Shown here: piece after piece, positions 26,855 to 36,200 of the stretch
Position numbering within the stretch: the stretch's first letter is position 1
Layout of the letters: each line of letters opens with the position of its first letter
From: Angelakisella sp.
GTDB taxonomy: Bacteria > Bacillota > Clostridia > Oscillospirales > Ruminococcaceae
DNA length: 42,063 nucleotides
Assembly (NCBI GenBank): GCA_013316495.1
Contig: WSMP01000001.1
Span: 1-42,063, forward strand
Reading direction: 5' to 3'
Notes under the pieces: generated by a model
Database searches by the model: none
What the model saw: only the letters and a program-made list of their open reading frames with translations
Told to the model about the DNA's origin: nothing
Program-made: the position numbers and the translations under genes

Positions 26855-27029
26855 GGTGGCAGTAACCCACACCCCCAGTCTGAAGGGAGAAAAGGTACGT
26901 ATTATCCGTGGCCGTATCGTTTATATCCACCCGGATAAACGGTGGTTCACACTTGAAACCGGCTGTTTTTGTGAGAGCTTTTGGGCTACGGATATTTACA
27001 GTGTTATCAAAAAAGATAGGAGGCATTAA
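26832..27029 (+). CDS. Small hypothetical protein (65 aa)
   Basis: Fills the gap within a tightly coupled operon; beta-rich VGDRV...GRIVYIHP pattern. Confidence 0.55.
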   Translation: MKIFVGDRVAVTHTPSLKGEKVRIIRGRIVYIHPDKRWFTLETGCFCESFWATDIYSVIKKDRRH

Positions 27030-27036
27030 AAATCTC

Positions 27037-28092
27037 ATGTTCATTAAAAAGAAAAAGGAGAGCTTCGTGCTGCTACCAGAAGAAAAAACGGCACCGAAGA
27101 TTCCCACCACGGCCCCAGAGGAAGCGGTTTCATGCCAACCCTCTGGGGAATCTGTTTTTCCGGTGGCAGAAGAAGGGGGCCCATTGCCGGAAAACGAAAC
27201 AAAAAAAGCCCGGAAAGCCCGGCTGAAGGCGGAGAAAAAAGAAGAAAAGGCTCGCCGTCTCCAGGAAGGGGAGGCTGTGCCCTTTTTTCGGGACAAACGG
27301 AAAGTGGGCATTCTGCTCATTGTCCTCTCGTTGGTGACAATCTTGGTCATCGTGCCGCTGGAAAGCTATCTGACCGCGGAACGGACTACCACCGTGGTGA
27401 CAGCTCTCCAGGACATCCCGGAGGGGAGGCTCATCGAGAAGGAGATGGTGGCCTCCCAGAGCGTTCCGCTGAACTCGGTCCTCCCCTTTCAGCAGCTGAC
27501 ACCAGAGGATGTGCTGGGCAAATATGCCGCCTCCGGCATGGTAAAGGATGAGATTGTCACCAGCATGAAGCTATCCTCCAGCCTTCCCCACGACAACGCC
27601 TATCTCTATGACCTGCCGGAGGGACAAAAGGCAATCTCCATCGCCCTGCCGCAGCTTGCAGATACCCTTTCCGGCAAGCTGATTTCCGGGGACTTGGTCT
27701 CAGCCTACGCGGTGACGGCAAAGGACAAGGAGGAGGACCCTGCGGCGGAGCTGTACCCGGAGCTTACCTACCTACAAGTGCTGGCTGTCACCAATCAGGA
27801 TGGCTACGATCTGTCCGGGAGTCCGGCGAAGGAGAACTTGGAGGAGGCGCTGCCCGCCACCGTCACGCTGCTGGTAAACGACCGGCAGGCGCAGCTGCTG
27901 GCGGGATTGGAAAGTAATGCAGCTCTCCGTTTGGGTCTCGCATACCGAGGAGAATCCGAAACCGCAAAACTTTACTTAGAACAGCAGCGGCAATATCTGC
28001 TGGAAGCAGGGGCCGCCTCACCGCCGGAACTTCCCCCAAAGGATTCCGGCCTGCCGCCCGCTGAAGCCTCGCTGGGAGGTGACATCTCATGA
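27037..28092 (+). CDS. cpaB: Flp pilus assembly protein CpaB/RcpC (SAF domain)
   Basis: TM helix, SAF-like VVTALQDIPEG...VLGKYA, RcpC-like KAISI...SGKLISGDLV...VLAV...ATVTLLV. Confidence 0.85.
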   Translation: MFIKKKKESFVLLPEEKTAPKIPTTAPEEAVSCQPSGESVFPVAEEGGPLPENETKKARKARLKAEKKEEKARRLQEGEAVPFFRDKRKVGILLIVLSLVTILVIVPLESYLTAERTTTVVTALQDIPEGRLIEKEMVASQSVPLNSVLPFQQLTPEDVLGKYAASGMVKDEIVTSMKLSSSLPHDNAYLYDLPEGQKAISIALPQLADTLSGKLISGDLVSAYAVTAKDKEEDPAAELYPELTYLQVLAVTNQDGYDLSGSPAKENLEEALPATVTLLVNDRQAQLLAGLESNAALRLGLAYRGESETAKLYLEQQRQYLLEAGAASPPELPPKDSGLPPAEASLGGDIS

Positions 28093-28832
28093 CGTCCCGC
28101 CTCACTGCCGTATGGGGAAACCCTGGCGCAGGGAAAAGCCTGGTGTCCCTGGCGCTGGCCCACCGGCTTACCACTATGAAGCAGAGCGTCATTCTCATCA
28201 GCGCCAGCAAGTTGACCCCTATGGCCAGGGTATTCCTTCCCTTTTTGGAGGAGAAGCCGGAACATTCTCTAGCGAAGCTCCTGACCGATGGGATCACCCC
28301 CGCGGCCATGCGCCAGAAGATCCGCCTGCATCCGAAAAATGAGGACCTGGGCTTCATGACCCTTATCTCCGCGGACAATGCCCTCCGGTATCAGGGGACC
28401 TGGGACCGTGCCGCCCTATCCGAGCTGTACTACACCATCCGGGAACGGGAACTGGCGGACCATATCCTAATCGACTGCGCCAGCGACCTTTTTGGGGACA
28501 ACATGACCTACTGGGCGCTGGAAACGGCGGACCGCCTGCTCTGTGTCCTCTCTCCGGATAACCGGGGGGTCGCTTTCCATCTGTCCCAGGAACCAGTGCT
28601 GCGCTCCGGCTCCTTCCAAACAGAAGACCGAATTAGAGTACTCAACAACGCCTATGACTATTCCCCGGCAAAACAAGTGGCCAAGGACCTGGAGATTCGG
28701 TATGTCCTGCCCCATTGCCCAGAGGTCTACGGAAAATACCTGGCTGGTGATCCCATCCTCCGGCTGTATGGAAAAGCTGGGCACCGGTTTGAAGATGGAA
28801 TCCGAGCGCTTGTAAAGGAGGTATCCAATTGA
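28089..28832 (+). CDS. CpaE/TadZ-like MinD-family ATPase
   Basis: AVWGNPGAGKS, HILIDC; located between cpaB and cpaF. Confidence 0.75.
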   Translation: MTSRLTAVWGNPGAGKSLVSLALAHRLTTMKQSVILISASKLTPMARVFLPFLEEKPEHSLAKLLTDGITPAAMRQKIRLHPKNEDLGFMTLISADNALRYQGTWDRAALSELYYTIRERELADHILIDCASDLFGDNMTYWALETADRLLCVLSPDNRGVAFHLSQEPVLRSGSFQTEDRIRVLNNAYDYSPAKQVAKDLEIRYVLPHCPEVYGKYLAGDPILRLYGKAGHRFEDGIRALVKEVSN

Positions 28833-30160
28833 AAGACCAACAGAAAAAAATGGACGAATTCTATTCGGTAGCGGGGGATACCCCTTATCTTCAGGTGCTG
28901 GAAACGGTCCAGCGGTACATGACTGGGGTGGAGAACACGGAGGAAATGGACGTCTGGCAGTACAAAAAGCATATCCAGACCTGCATCACCACACGGGGGC
29001 TGAAATGCCGGGGGGCATCCACCCTCTCCCAGCTGGTGGACCGGCTGTACAACTCCATGCGGGAATATGACCTGCTCACCGACTACTTGACCCCGGAGGT
29101 CTATACCCGCATGGGAATCGAGGAGATCTATGGCCGGTGGAACTGCATCTACATGAAGACCAAAAAGGGAAAAATCCGGCTGACAGAAACCTTCCCCTCT
29201 GCGGAGCATGCCAGGGCAATCTTCAACCGAATTACCAGCGGCTACAACCAGCAGATCAATGAGGGAACCCCCATTGCGTTGGGGGAGTTCCGGCCCAACA
29301 TCCGGGCCTCGTTTACAGGCACCCCTGTCACCTCCAAGGAGATGGGCATCGAGTTCAACATCCGCATCGTCCACGGCTCGGCAATGACCAGAGAGCTGCT
29401 GCTGGAGAGCGGCACCTTCCACCCCAAAGCATTGGATTTCCTGGAGCTGTGCATCCGTTATGGGGCGAACATCTGCATCGCTGGCGCTACCGGCAGCGGA
29501 AAAACGGGGACGATGTACTATCTTCTTTCTACAGTTGCCAGGGATGCCACCAAGCGGATCGGGACCATCGAGATTGAAAGCCGGGAGTTCGATTTGCTCC
29601 AGCTGGATGAAAACGGCGTACCGCTGAACGATGTATTTAGCTGGGTCACCCGTTCCTCGGACGATTCCCGGTACAATATCCCCGCCAATAAACTGGTGGA
29701 AACGATTCTCCGTTTTACCCCGGACATCATCGGACTGGGGGAAATGCGCAACGAGGAGGCCCTTGCAGTAAGCGAGCTGGCCCTCACCGGCCATGGAGCG
29801 ATTACCACCCTTCACGCCGCCAGCGCCCAGGCTGCCTACAGCCGAATCGTTGACCTCTGCAAAAAGGCGGGCAGCAGCTACAATGACGCCACCCTCTTTC
29901 GCCGGGCGATCCGAGCTTTTCCCATTATTGTATTTCAAGAGCGGCTGGCGGATGGCCGCCGCCGGGTCCTCAGCATTGTGGAAGGGGTGGGCTATGCTGA
30001 TGAAGATGCCGATGTGAAGCCCCTCTTTCGCTTCGAGATCGAGGACAACACCGCTGGTAAGGTCCTGGGGAAACACGTCCAAACCGGCCAAATCAGCCGC
30101 GAGCTGCGGCAAACCCTGCTGCAGCATGGGGCCAGCAGAAAAGAATTGGAGGGATTCTAA
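28829..30160 (+). CDS. cpaF: CpaF/TadA pilus assembly ATPase
   Basis: Walker A GATGSGKT, TIE Asp box, PDIIGLGEMR, TGH...TTLHA His box, DGRRRV. Confidence 0.9.
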   Translation: MKDQQKKMDEFYSVAGDTPYLQVLETVQRYMTGVENTEEMDVWQYKKHIQTCITTRGLKCRGASTLSQLVDRLYNSMREYDLLTDYLTPEVYTRMGIEEIYGRWNCIYMKTKKGKIRLTETFPSAEHARAIFNRITSGYNQQINEGTPIALGEFRPNIRASFTGTPVTSKEMGIEFNIRIVHGSAMTRELLLESGTFHPKALDFLELCIRYGANICIAGATGSGKTGTMYYLLSTVARDATKRIGTIEIESREFDLLQLDENGVPLNDVFSWVTRSSDDSRYNIPANKLVETILRFTPDIIGLGEMRNEEALAVSELALTGHGAITTLHAASAQAAYSRIVDLCKKAGSSYNDATLFRRAIRAFPIIVFQERLADGRRRVLSIVEGVGYADEDADVKPLFRFEIEDNTAGKVLGKHVQTGQISRELRQTLLQHGASRKELEGF

Positions 30161-30165
30161 AAGCA

Positions 30166-31170
30166 ATGGGTCATTTTCTCAATGTCGTATTGTATGCCGT
30201 TCTGGCTTGCGGCTTCCTGCTCTATGGGTGGGAGGAACTGACCGCCACGGCTAAGAAATTCGTGTCCGGGGTGCTGGCAATTATCCCCCAGCTCCGAAGC
30301 CTCCCGGCCAGGGTGGCTGCCTGGAGGGAAAGCCGCCGCAGCCTCAAAGTCAAGGTCCGTATCCTCAACGAAGGGAAAAAGGAAAATTTTATTTCTGCTG
30401 CCTATACGGGAATGAAGCGGACCTTAAACACGACCGGCAGCCAGGACAAGGTGAAGATCATGCGGTTGGTGTCACTCTGTACCGGTGGGGCAGGAGCAGC
30501 CCTTGCCTTTTCCCTGGGCAGCTGGATGCTGGTGCCAATTTTGGGCACAGGGTTGGGTTTGTTGCCCATGTGGCTCACTCGGTTCCGGCAGTATTCCTAT
30601 CACCTGGAGGTGACGGGAGAACTTTCGGTGGCCCTTTCGATGGTGACCAATTCCTATATTCGTACTGAAAATATCCTCTTGGCGGTGGAGGAAAACCTAC
30701 CCTACCTCCATGGACAGGTCCGGCATACCTTCCGGCAGTTTCTCAGAAATTCCAGGGACGTGGACCCAAACATCAAGCGGAATCTTTCAAAGATGAGCCG
30801 CCAAATCGACAACCACGTTTTCCTGCTGTGGTGCCAGCTCCTGATTATGTGCCAGGAAGACATCAACCAAAAGCATTCTCTAAATGCTGTGGTAAGCCAA
30901 TTGGCCCAGGATAAGGAGCTGTACAACACCCTTTCCGCCGAGATCACCCAGCCTCTGCGCACCTTTGCGGCGCTTTTGCTCCTGACGATGGCCTGCTTTC
31001 CTACCGCTGTCCTGGTAGGTAAACAGCTCTCCGGGGCAATGGAGCCTATGGAAATCCTTTTCACCACTTTGCTAGGGCAGGTCATTGTGGTGGGCTACGC
31101 CGTGACCGCGCTGTTCGGAATCAATCGTGCAATCCGCCTTTCCACGACCATCGAGGAGGTGCCCCTATGA
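30166..31170 (+). CDS. TadB-like platform membrane protein
   Basis: TM-cytoplasmic-TM layout of the T2SS-F family; directly after cpaF. Confidence 0.75.
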   Translation: MGHFLNVVLYAVLACGFLLYGWEELTATAKKFVSGVLAIIPQLRSLPARVAAWRESRRSLKVKVRILNEGKKENFISAAYTGMKRTLNTTGSQDKVKIMRLVSLCTGGAGAALAFSLGSWMLVPILGTGLGLLPMWLTRFRQYSYHLEVTGELSVALSMVTNSYIRTENILLAVEENLPYLHGQVRHTFRQFLRNSRDVDPNIKRNLSKMSRQIDNHVFLLWCQLLIMCQEDINQKHSLNAVVSQLAQDKELYNTLSAEITQPLRTFAALLLLTMACFPTAVLVGKQLSGAMEPMEILFTTLLGQVIVVGYAVTALFGINRAIRLSTTIEEVPL

Positions 31171-32027
31171 TCCTACCTGCAAGCGCGGCTCTGCTAGCTG
31201 GCTGCTGGCTTGTCTACACCGGCAGTTTCCCTATTATGGGTCTCCGGACAATGGAAGCGGTACGGCTGCACAAGGTCTATGGCGGCTTGTCCGGGTGGTG
31301 GAACAGCGCCATCACCCAGCTGGGAAGGCTTTTGGAGCCGCGGATCCCCCTCTCGGAATACCGCCAGTCCGAATATGCCCGGTATCTGAAGATGGCCCGA
31401 AACGGCAGGACCCCCAAAGAGTATTTTGCCTTTCTGGGGGCGAGGGTCGTGGCCTGCGGGGTGCTGGGGCTGCTGCTCTTTCCCATCCACTGGGCTTTTC
31501 CGCTCCTGTTGGGAGGCTACGGAATCTACCTCTTTCAAAGCGACCTGTCCTCCCTGAAGCGCAATTACACACACCGCCGGAACCAGGTGGAGATGGATCT
31601 TCCTAAGCTGTGCAGTGTTATCAACTCCCGTCTGAAAAGCACGCAAAATGTCTGCTCCATTCTGGAATCCTTCATTCCCATCGCAAGCCCCGCCACACGG
31701 GACGAATTGACAGTCACAGTGGCCGATATGAAGACCGGCAGCGAGCAAGGAGCGCTCCTGCGCTTGGAGCAGCGTATTTCCTCCCCGATGGTCAGCGATG
31801 TGGTGAGAGGACTAATCTCTGTGTTGAGCGGAGATGACCAGGTGGTTTATTTTGCCACCAAACAGATTCAGTTTAACAGCGAAACTATCACCCGTAAGCG
31901 AAAGGATATCCGCTCCCGACCTGCAAAACTCCATTTCCCGGAATTTTTGATGTTTGGGCTGGGGCTGCTAATCCTTTTATATCCCCTCTGGTTTGGGTTG
32001 ACCGATGCCATTGGCGGTATTCTATAA
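31167..32027 (+). CDS. TadC-like platform membrane protein
   Basis: VEMDLPK...DMKTGSEQGALLRLEQRI...VVRGLI; second T2SS-F-like gene. Confidence 0.75.
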   Translation: MILPASAALLAGCWLVYTGSFPIMGLRTMEAVRLHKVYGGLSGWWNSAITQLGRLLEPRIPLSEYRQSEYARYLKMARNGRTPKEYFAFLGARVVACGVLGLLLFPIHWAFPLLLGGYGIYLFQSDLSSLKRNYTHRRNQVEMDLPKLCSVINSRLKSTQNVCSILESFIPIASPATRDELTVTVADMKTGSEQGALLRLEQRISSPMVSDVVRGLISVLSGDDQVVYFATKQIQFNSETITRKRKDIRSRPAKLHFPEFLMFGLGLLILLYPLWFGLTDAIGGIL

Positions 32028-32047
32028 TGACAGAAAGGAAAAAACTT

Positions 32048-32278
32048 ATGAAAAAGAATCTCATCTCCCTTCGCAACTCCCTTGACCATTTCCTCATCCG
32101 TGCCAAGACCAAAGCTATGGGTATTCAGGGGGACAGCCACCTGGTATCGGTGATTGTGATGGCCATCGTCGCCGTCGTTCTCATTGTGGTGGTCATCTTC
32201 CCGCAATTTGCGGACCTTTTCAAGAACAGCTTTACAAACGCCAACAGCAAAATTGACGAGATCTGGAACTACCATTAA
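32048..32278 (+). CDS. Flp-like major pilin (DUF6133-like)
   Basis: Basic leader, QG|DSHLV, single hydrophobic helix, short C-terminus KIDEIWNY. Confidence 0.7.
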   Translation: MKKNLISLRNSLDHFLIRAKTKAMGIQGDSHLVSVIVMAIVAVVLIVVVIFPQFADLFKNSFTNANSKIDEIWNYH

Positions 32279-32279
32279 G

Positions 32280-32726
32280 ATGAGACAGCATATGGAGATA
32301 CAGAAAAGGGCGAAACAGTATGTGCTTTCCACACAAGGGGATAGCAATCTTGTCACCTCGCTTTTTGTGGCGGCTATGGCGGTAATTGCCATAGCCGTTT
32401 CTATCAACCTCTTCAGTCGGATTACCCTGGTACAGAACTTGAACCAGATGGCACAGCAGGTTGCCAGAGAGATCTCCCTGGAGGGAGCTGTAAATGTACG
32501 GGTGGAGCAACGTTTAGAATCTCTGGAGGAAATGTATCAATTGGACACAGAACTGGAGGTTCGAGGGAACTACTATACCGGCACTCGAAAGCTCCACCTT
32601 CAAAGCGAGTTTACAGTTATTCTCACCCATCGCAGGCAAGAAAATTTTATGGGCTTAGGAGGTGATAAGACCTATGTGGTCAAGGCTGCTGGAATTGCGG
32701 AACAGTATCACAAAGGCCACGGATAA
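32280..32726 (+). CDS. TadE-like minor pilin (DUF4320-like)
   Basis: QG|DSNLV + hydrophobic helix, then LNQMAQQVAREISLEG; ends AEQYHK; the start may instead be 32292. Confidence 0.7.
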   Translation: MRQHMEIQKRAKQYVLSTQGDSNLVTSLFVAAMAVIAIAVSINLFSRITLVQNLNQMAQQVAREISLEGAVNVRVEQRLESLEEMYQLDTELEVRGNYYTGTRKLHLQSEFTVILTHRRQENFMGLGGDKTYVVKAAGIAEQYHKGHG

Positions 32727-33228
32727 CAAGGGCCACGCTCTGATATGGGGCGTGGCCCTTGGCCTTGCACTTACAGCTTTTGCTATGCTGTATTTTGAAA
32801 AATACACCTTGGATACCCGAATCGACCGAATCAATAGCGATATTACTGCGGCCCTGACAGCTACTGCTGACGCCCATCTGCTAGATAGTCATCCTACTTT
32901 GCGGGATGGGACCAGCGGGGCCAGACTGTATACCGGGACAGTCTGGCGGGAAGTGACGGATCCGGAACATTTCCTGCCGCTGCTGGCGGACAGCTATCGG
33001 GACGCTTCGGTGCAGGGAGAAGCTATCGTGATCCGGTCTGGAGGCGAAGAGGCGGCCCGGCTCTCCAACATCCGCCTGCAAGTACAGAACCCTGCCGGTG
33101 GAGATCAGCAGGCGGTGTACCGGCTGCAATATGATTTGACAGTTCCTCTGGACCTGTTCTGGAAGGGACAAAAGGTGCTGCTCCGGAACCAGGTACAGTA
33201 CAGCCGGTACATGGAACGTTATGGCTAA
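32674..33228 (+). CDS. TadE/TadG-like minor pilin
   Basis: DNKG|HALIW + hydrophobic helix; AGGAGG RBS; overlaps the previous gene. Confidence 0.65.
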   Translation: MWSRLLELRNSITKATDNKGHALIWGVALGLALTAFAMLYFEKYTLDTRIDRINSDITAALTATADAHLLDSHPTLRDGTSGARLYTGTVWREVTDPEHFLPLLADSYRDASVQGEAIVIRSGGEEAARLSNIRLQVQNPAGGDQQAVYRLQYDLTVPLDLFWKGQKVLLRNQVQYSRYMERYG

Positions 33229-33279
33229 AAAGAAAGAGCTGTATAAAAGTAAATATTTTATTGGGGGAATTACAGAAAG

Positions 33280-36200
33280 ATGAATGTAAAGGAAAACCGA
33301 TATAAGTTATACCAAAGGATCCTTCTGCATTTGCTGGCAGGGTTGCTGGCAATTGCAATGGCTATAACACCAGTCTATGCTGCTATTCAGGAAAACACAT
33401 CGCAGTATGATCCCTCTTCATGGGTTACAAACCGGCAGGGCCCCAGCGACCAGCGATTTAATGAATTTGTGAGCATAACGGTAGGCCCTATTACGGAAGA
33501 CAATGTTACCATAAATGTTTCTGCACCGAACTATACAAGAAATCAGAGCGGCGCAGTTCGGAAAACATATTGGAGTACCGCAATCCAATATTCTGTCGAT
33601 GGAGGTCCCTGGTACAGTACGGATCCATACCATAAGGATGGCTCTTTAGCGTGGGCAGGTTATGACAAAGCCGTGTCTGCCTCTGTTACAATTCCAAGAA
33701 CTGGTACTGCCCGCAGGGTGGCTGTCCGCTCATTGATTTTGCGCTATGTTTTTGAGGATATGGCCAGTCAAACCCGAAAAACTTATATGTATTATTACAA
33801 TCACACTCGAAGCGTCTTGATTCCTGCAAAGGGGTTCTATGCAGCTACTCAGACCTTTCAGTCTTCGGGCGTTTGGACTGCGCCAGCAGATGGAAACTAC
33901 CAGTTCCACGTAATCGGTCGCGGGGGAGATGGTACTGGCGGAAATTCTGGACATGGCGGAGGCGGGGGCGGCTATGCAGTCCACCAGGCCTATATGAAAA
34001 AAGGAGAAACCGCAAATATTATAATTTCTGCTGCTCAGTCGGCATTATCCGTAAAAGGACAAACCGTTATTGCCAATGCAGGAGCAACCGGCGGCGCAGG
34101 CGGTACAGCCAGCGGAGGAAATATCTCCAATCAAGCAGGTACGGCCGGGCAAGGTGGAATTCGTATCATTTACGGCTATGACAGCGATGATTCCGCCGAA
34201 TATGAATATATGGGTGGATATGGAGGAGCCGCCCAAGGGGTATATGGTGGTGCAGGCGGCTCCTTTTCCTGGGCCGGAACAGGCCAAAATGGTCTTCAAT
34301 ATGGTGACGGCGGTGGTGGATGCGCCAGAACCTCTCTTTGGGGCGGTGGTACCGGCTCTGCAGGTATTGGCGCTGCCGGAGCAGTTATTATTGAAGCGCC
34401 TACTGACAGAGTACCCCCTGCCATCTTGGGGGTAAACACCCCGTCCTATTGGGTGCCTGGTGCGATGGCCACAATTTCTGCTCAGGATGACAAAAGCGGT
34501 ATTGTTGGTTATGCAGTAACCAAGGATCAAAATATTCCCAGTAATTGGCAGGCTTCCAATCAATGTACAATTGAACCTGGGCTTCAGTACGCTTGGGCTA
34601 TTGATGCGCTCGGAAACATCTCAGCTCCCTTCGCCTTTACGGTTGCTGTAGATACTGACGCTCCTGTAATCCAAGATGTAACAGTGGATACTGTTTTCTC
34701 GGACGGACCTACCCGCAGTGATATCATGATTAAAGCGGAAGATCCCGTTATTAACGGGAGTATAGCTACCGGTGTTAGATGGTATGCTGTTACCCAGACT
34801 AGTAATCCCCCTGCTCAAGGAGATTGGCAAGGAGATAACGTATTTTCTATTGAAGGTCAAGGCGACTGGTACGCCTGGGCCAAAGACGTTGTGGGGAACG
34901 TCTCGGAACCTTTTCCCTTTGCTCCTGACGTGGATAGCGACGCCCCTGTAATTCACAGTGTAACAGTAGACACCAGCTTTTCGGACGGGCTTACATACAG
35001 CGACGTCACAATTGAAGCAGAGGATCCTATCATTGACGGCGACGCTGCCAGCGGCGTGAAATGGTATGCTATCACCCAGTCCAGCGATGCTCCTACCCAA
35101 AGCGATTGGCAAGGAGATAACGTATTTTCTATTGAAGGTCAAGGCGACTGGTACGCCTGGGCCAAAGACGTTGTGGGGAACGTCTCGGAACCTTTTCCTT
35201 TTGCTCCTGATGTGGATAGCGACGCTCCTGTAATTCACAGCGTAACAGTAGACACCACCTTTTCGGATGGGCTTACATACAGCGACGTCACAATTGAAGC
35301 AGAGGATCCTATCATTGACGGCGACGCTGCCAGCGGCGTGAAATGGTATGCTATCACCCAATCTATTGTTTCTCCATCCCAAGGAGATTGGCAGGAAGCT
35401 AACGTATTTTCCATCGAGGGGCAGGGTGATTGGTACGCCTGGGCCAAAGATGTTATGGGGAATGTCTCAAAGCCTTTTCCCTTTGCTCCTGACGTGGATA
35501 GCGATGCTCCTGTAATTCACGATGTAGTGGTTGATACGGTCTTCACAGATGGACTAATTTGCAGTGATGTTATCATTGATGCAGAAGATCCTGTAATCAA
35601 CGGTGACGCTGCCAGTGGTGTAAGGTGGTATGCTATTACTAAATCTAGCGTTTTCCCTACCGAAGGAGATTGGCAGGAAGCTAATGTATTTTCCATCAAT
35701 GGCCAGGGTAATTGGTACGCCTGGGCCAAAGATGTTATGGGGAATGCCTCAAAACCCTATTTTATCACAATCACTGCTCCTCCAGAGTATAGCACCAAAG
35801 ATGCAGCAGCTGTTGTCACCGACCCAGATGGCAAACCGGCAGAAGGCTGCATTGTAGAAATTGTGAACGGCAATGGTACAATCATTGGCGCGGGGGAAAC
35901 TGATATAAACGGCTACACAAAGATTCCTGAAGTGCCAGTGGGTGAATATGAGCTAGTCATTCGTGATTCGGATGGGAGTGTACTGGGAACAGGCAGTACT
36001 GTAGTAACACCGGATGGAATTTCGGGCAGTATGACCGAAGGCGATTACTCTGTATCCGTTTTCCCGGCAGAAGAATATATCACGCAAATCATCACCGGTT
36101 CCGTCACTGATCAAAAAGGCAATCCTGCTATAGGCTATATCGTCGAAATCGTGAATCGTAACGATCGTGTTGTTGGTTCTGATTTGACAGATCGTTATGG

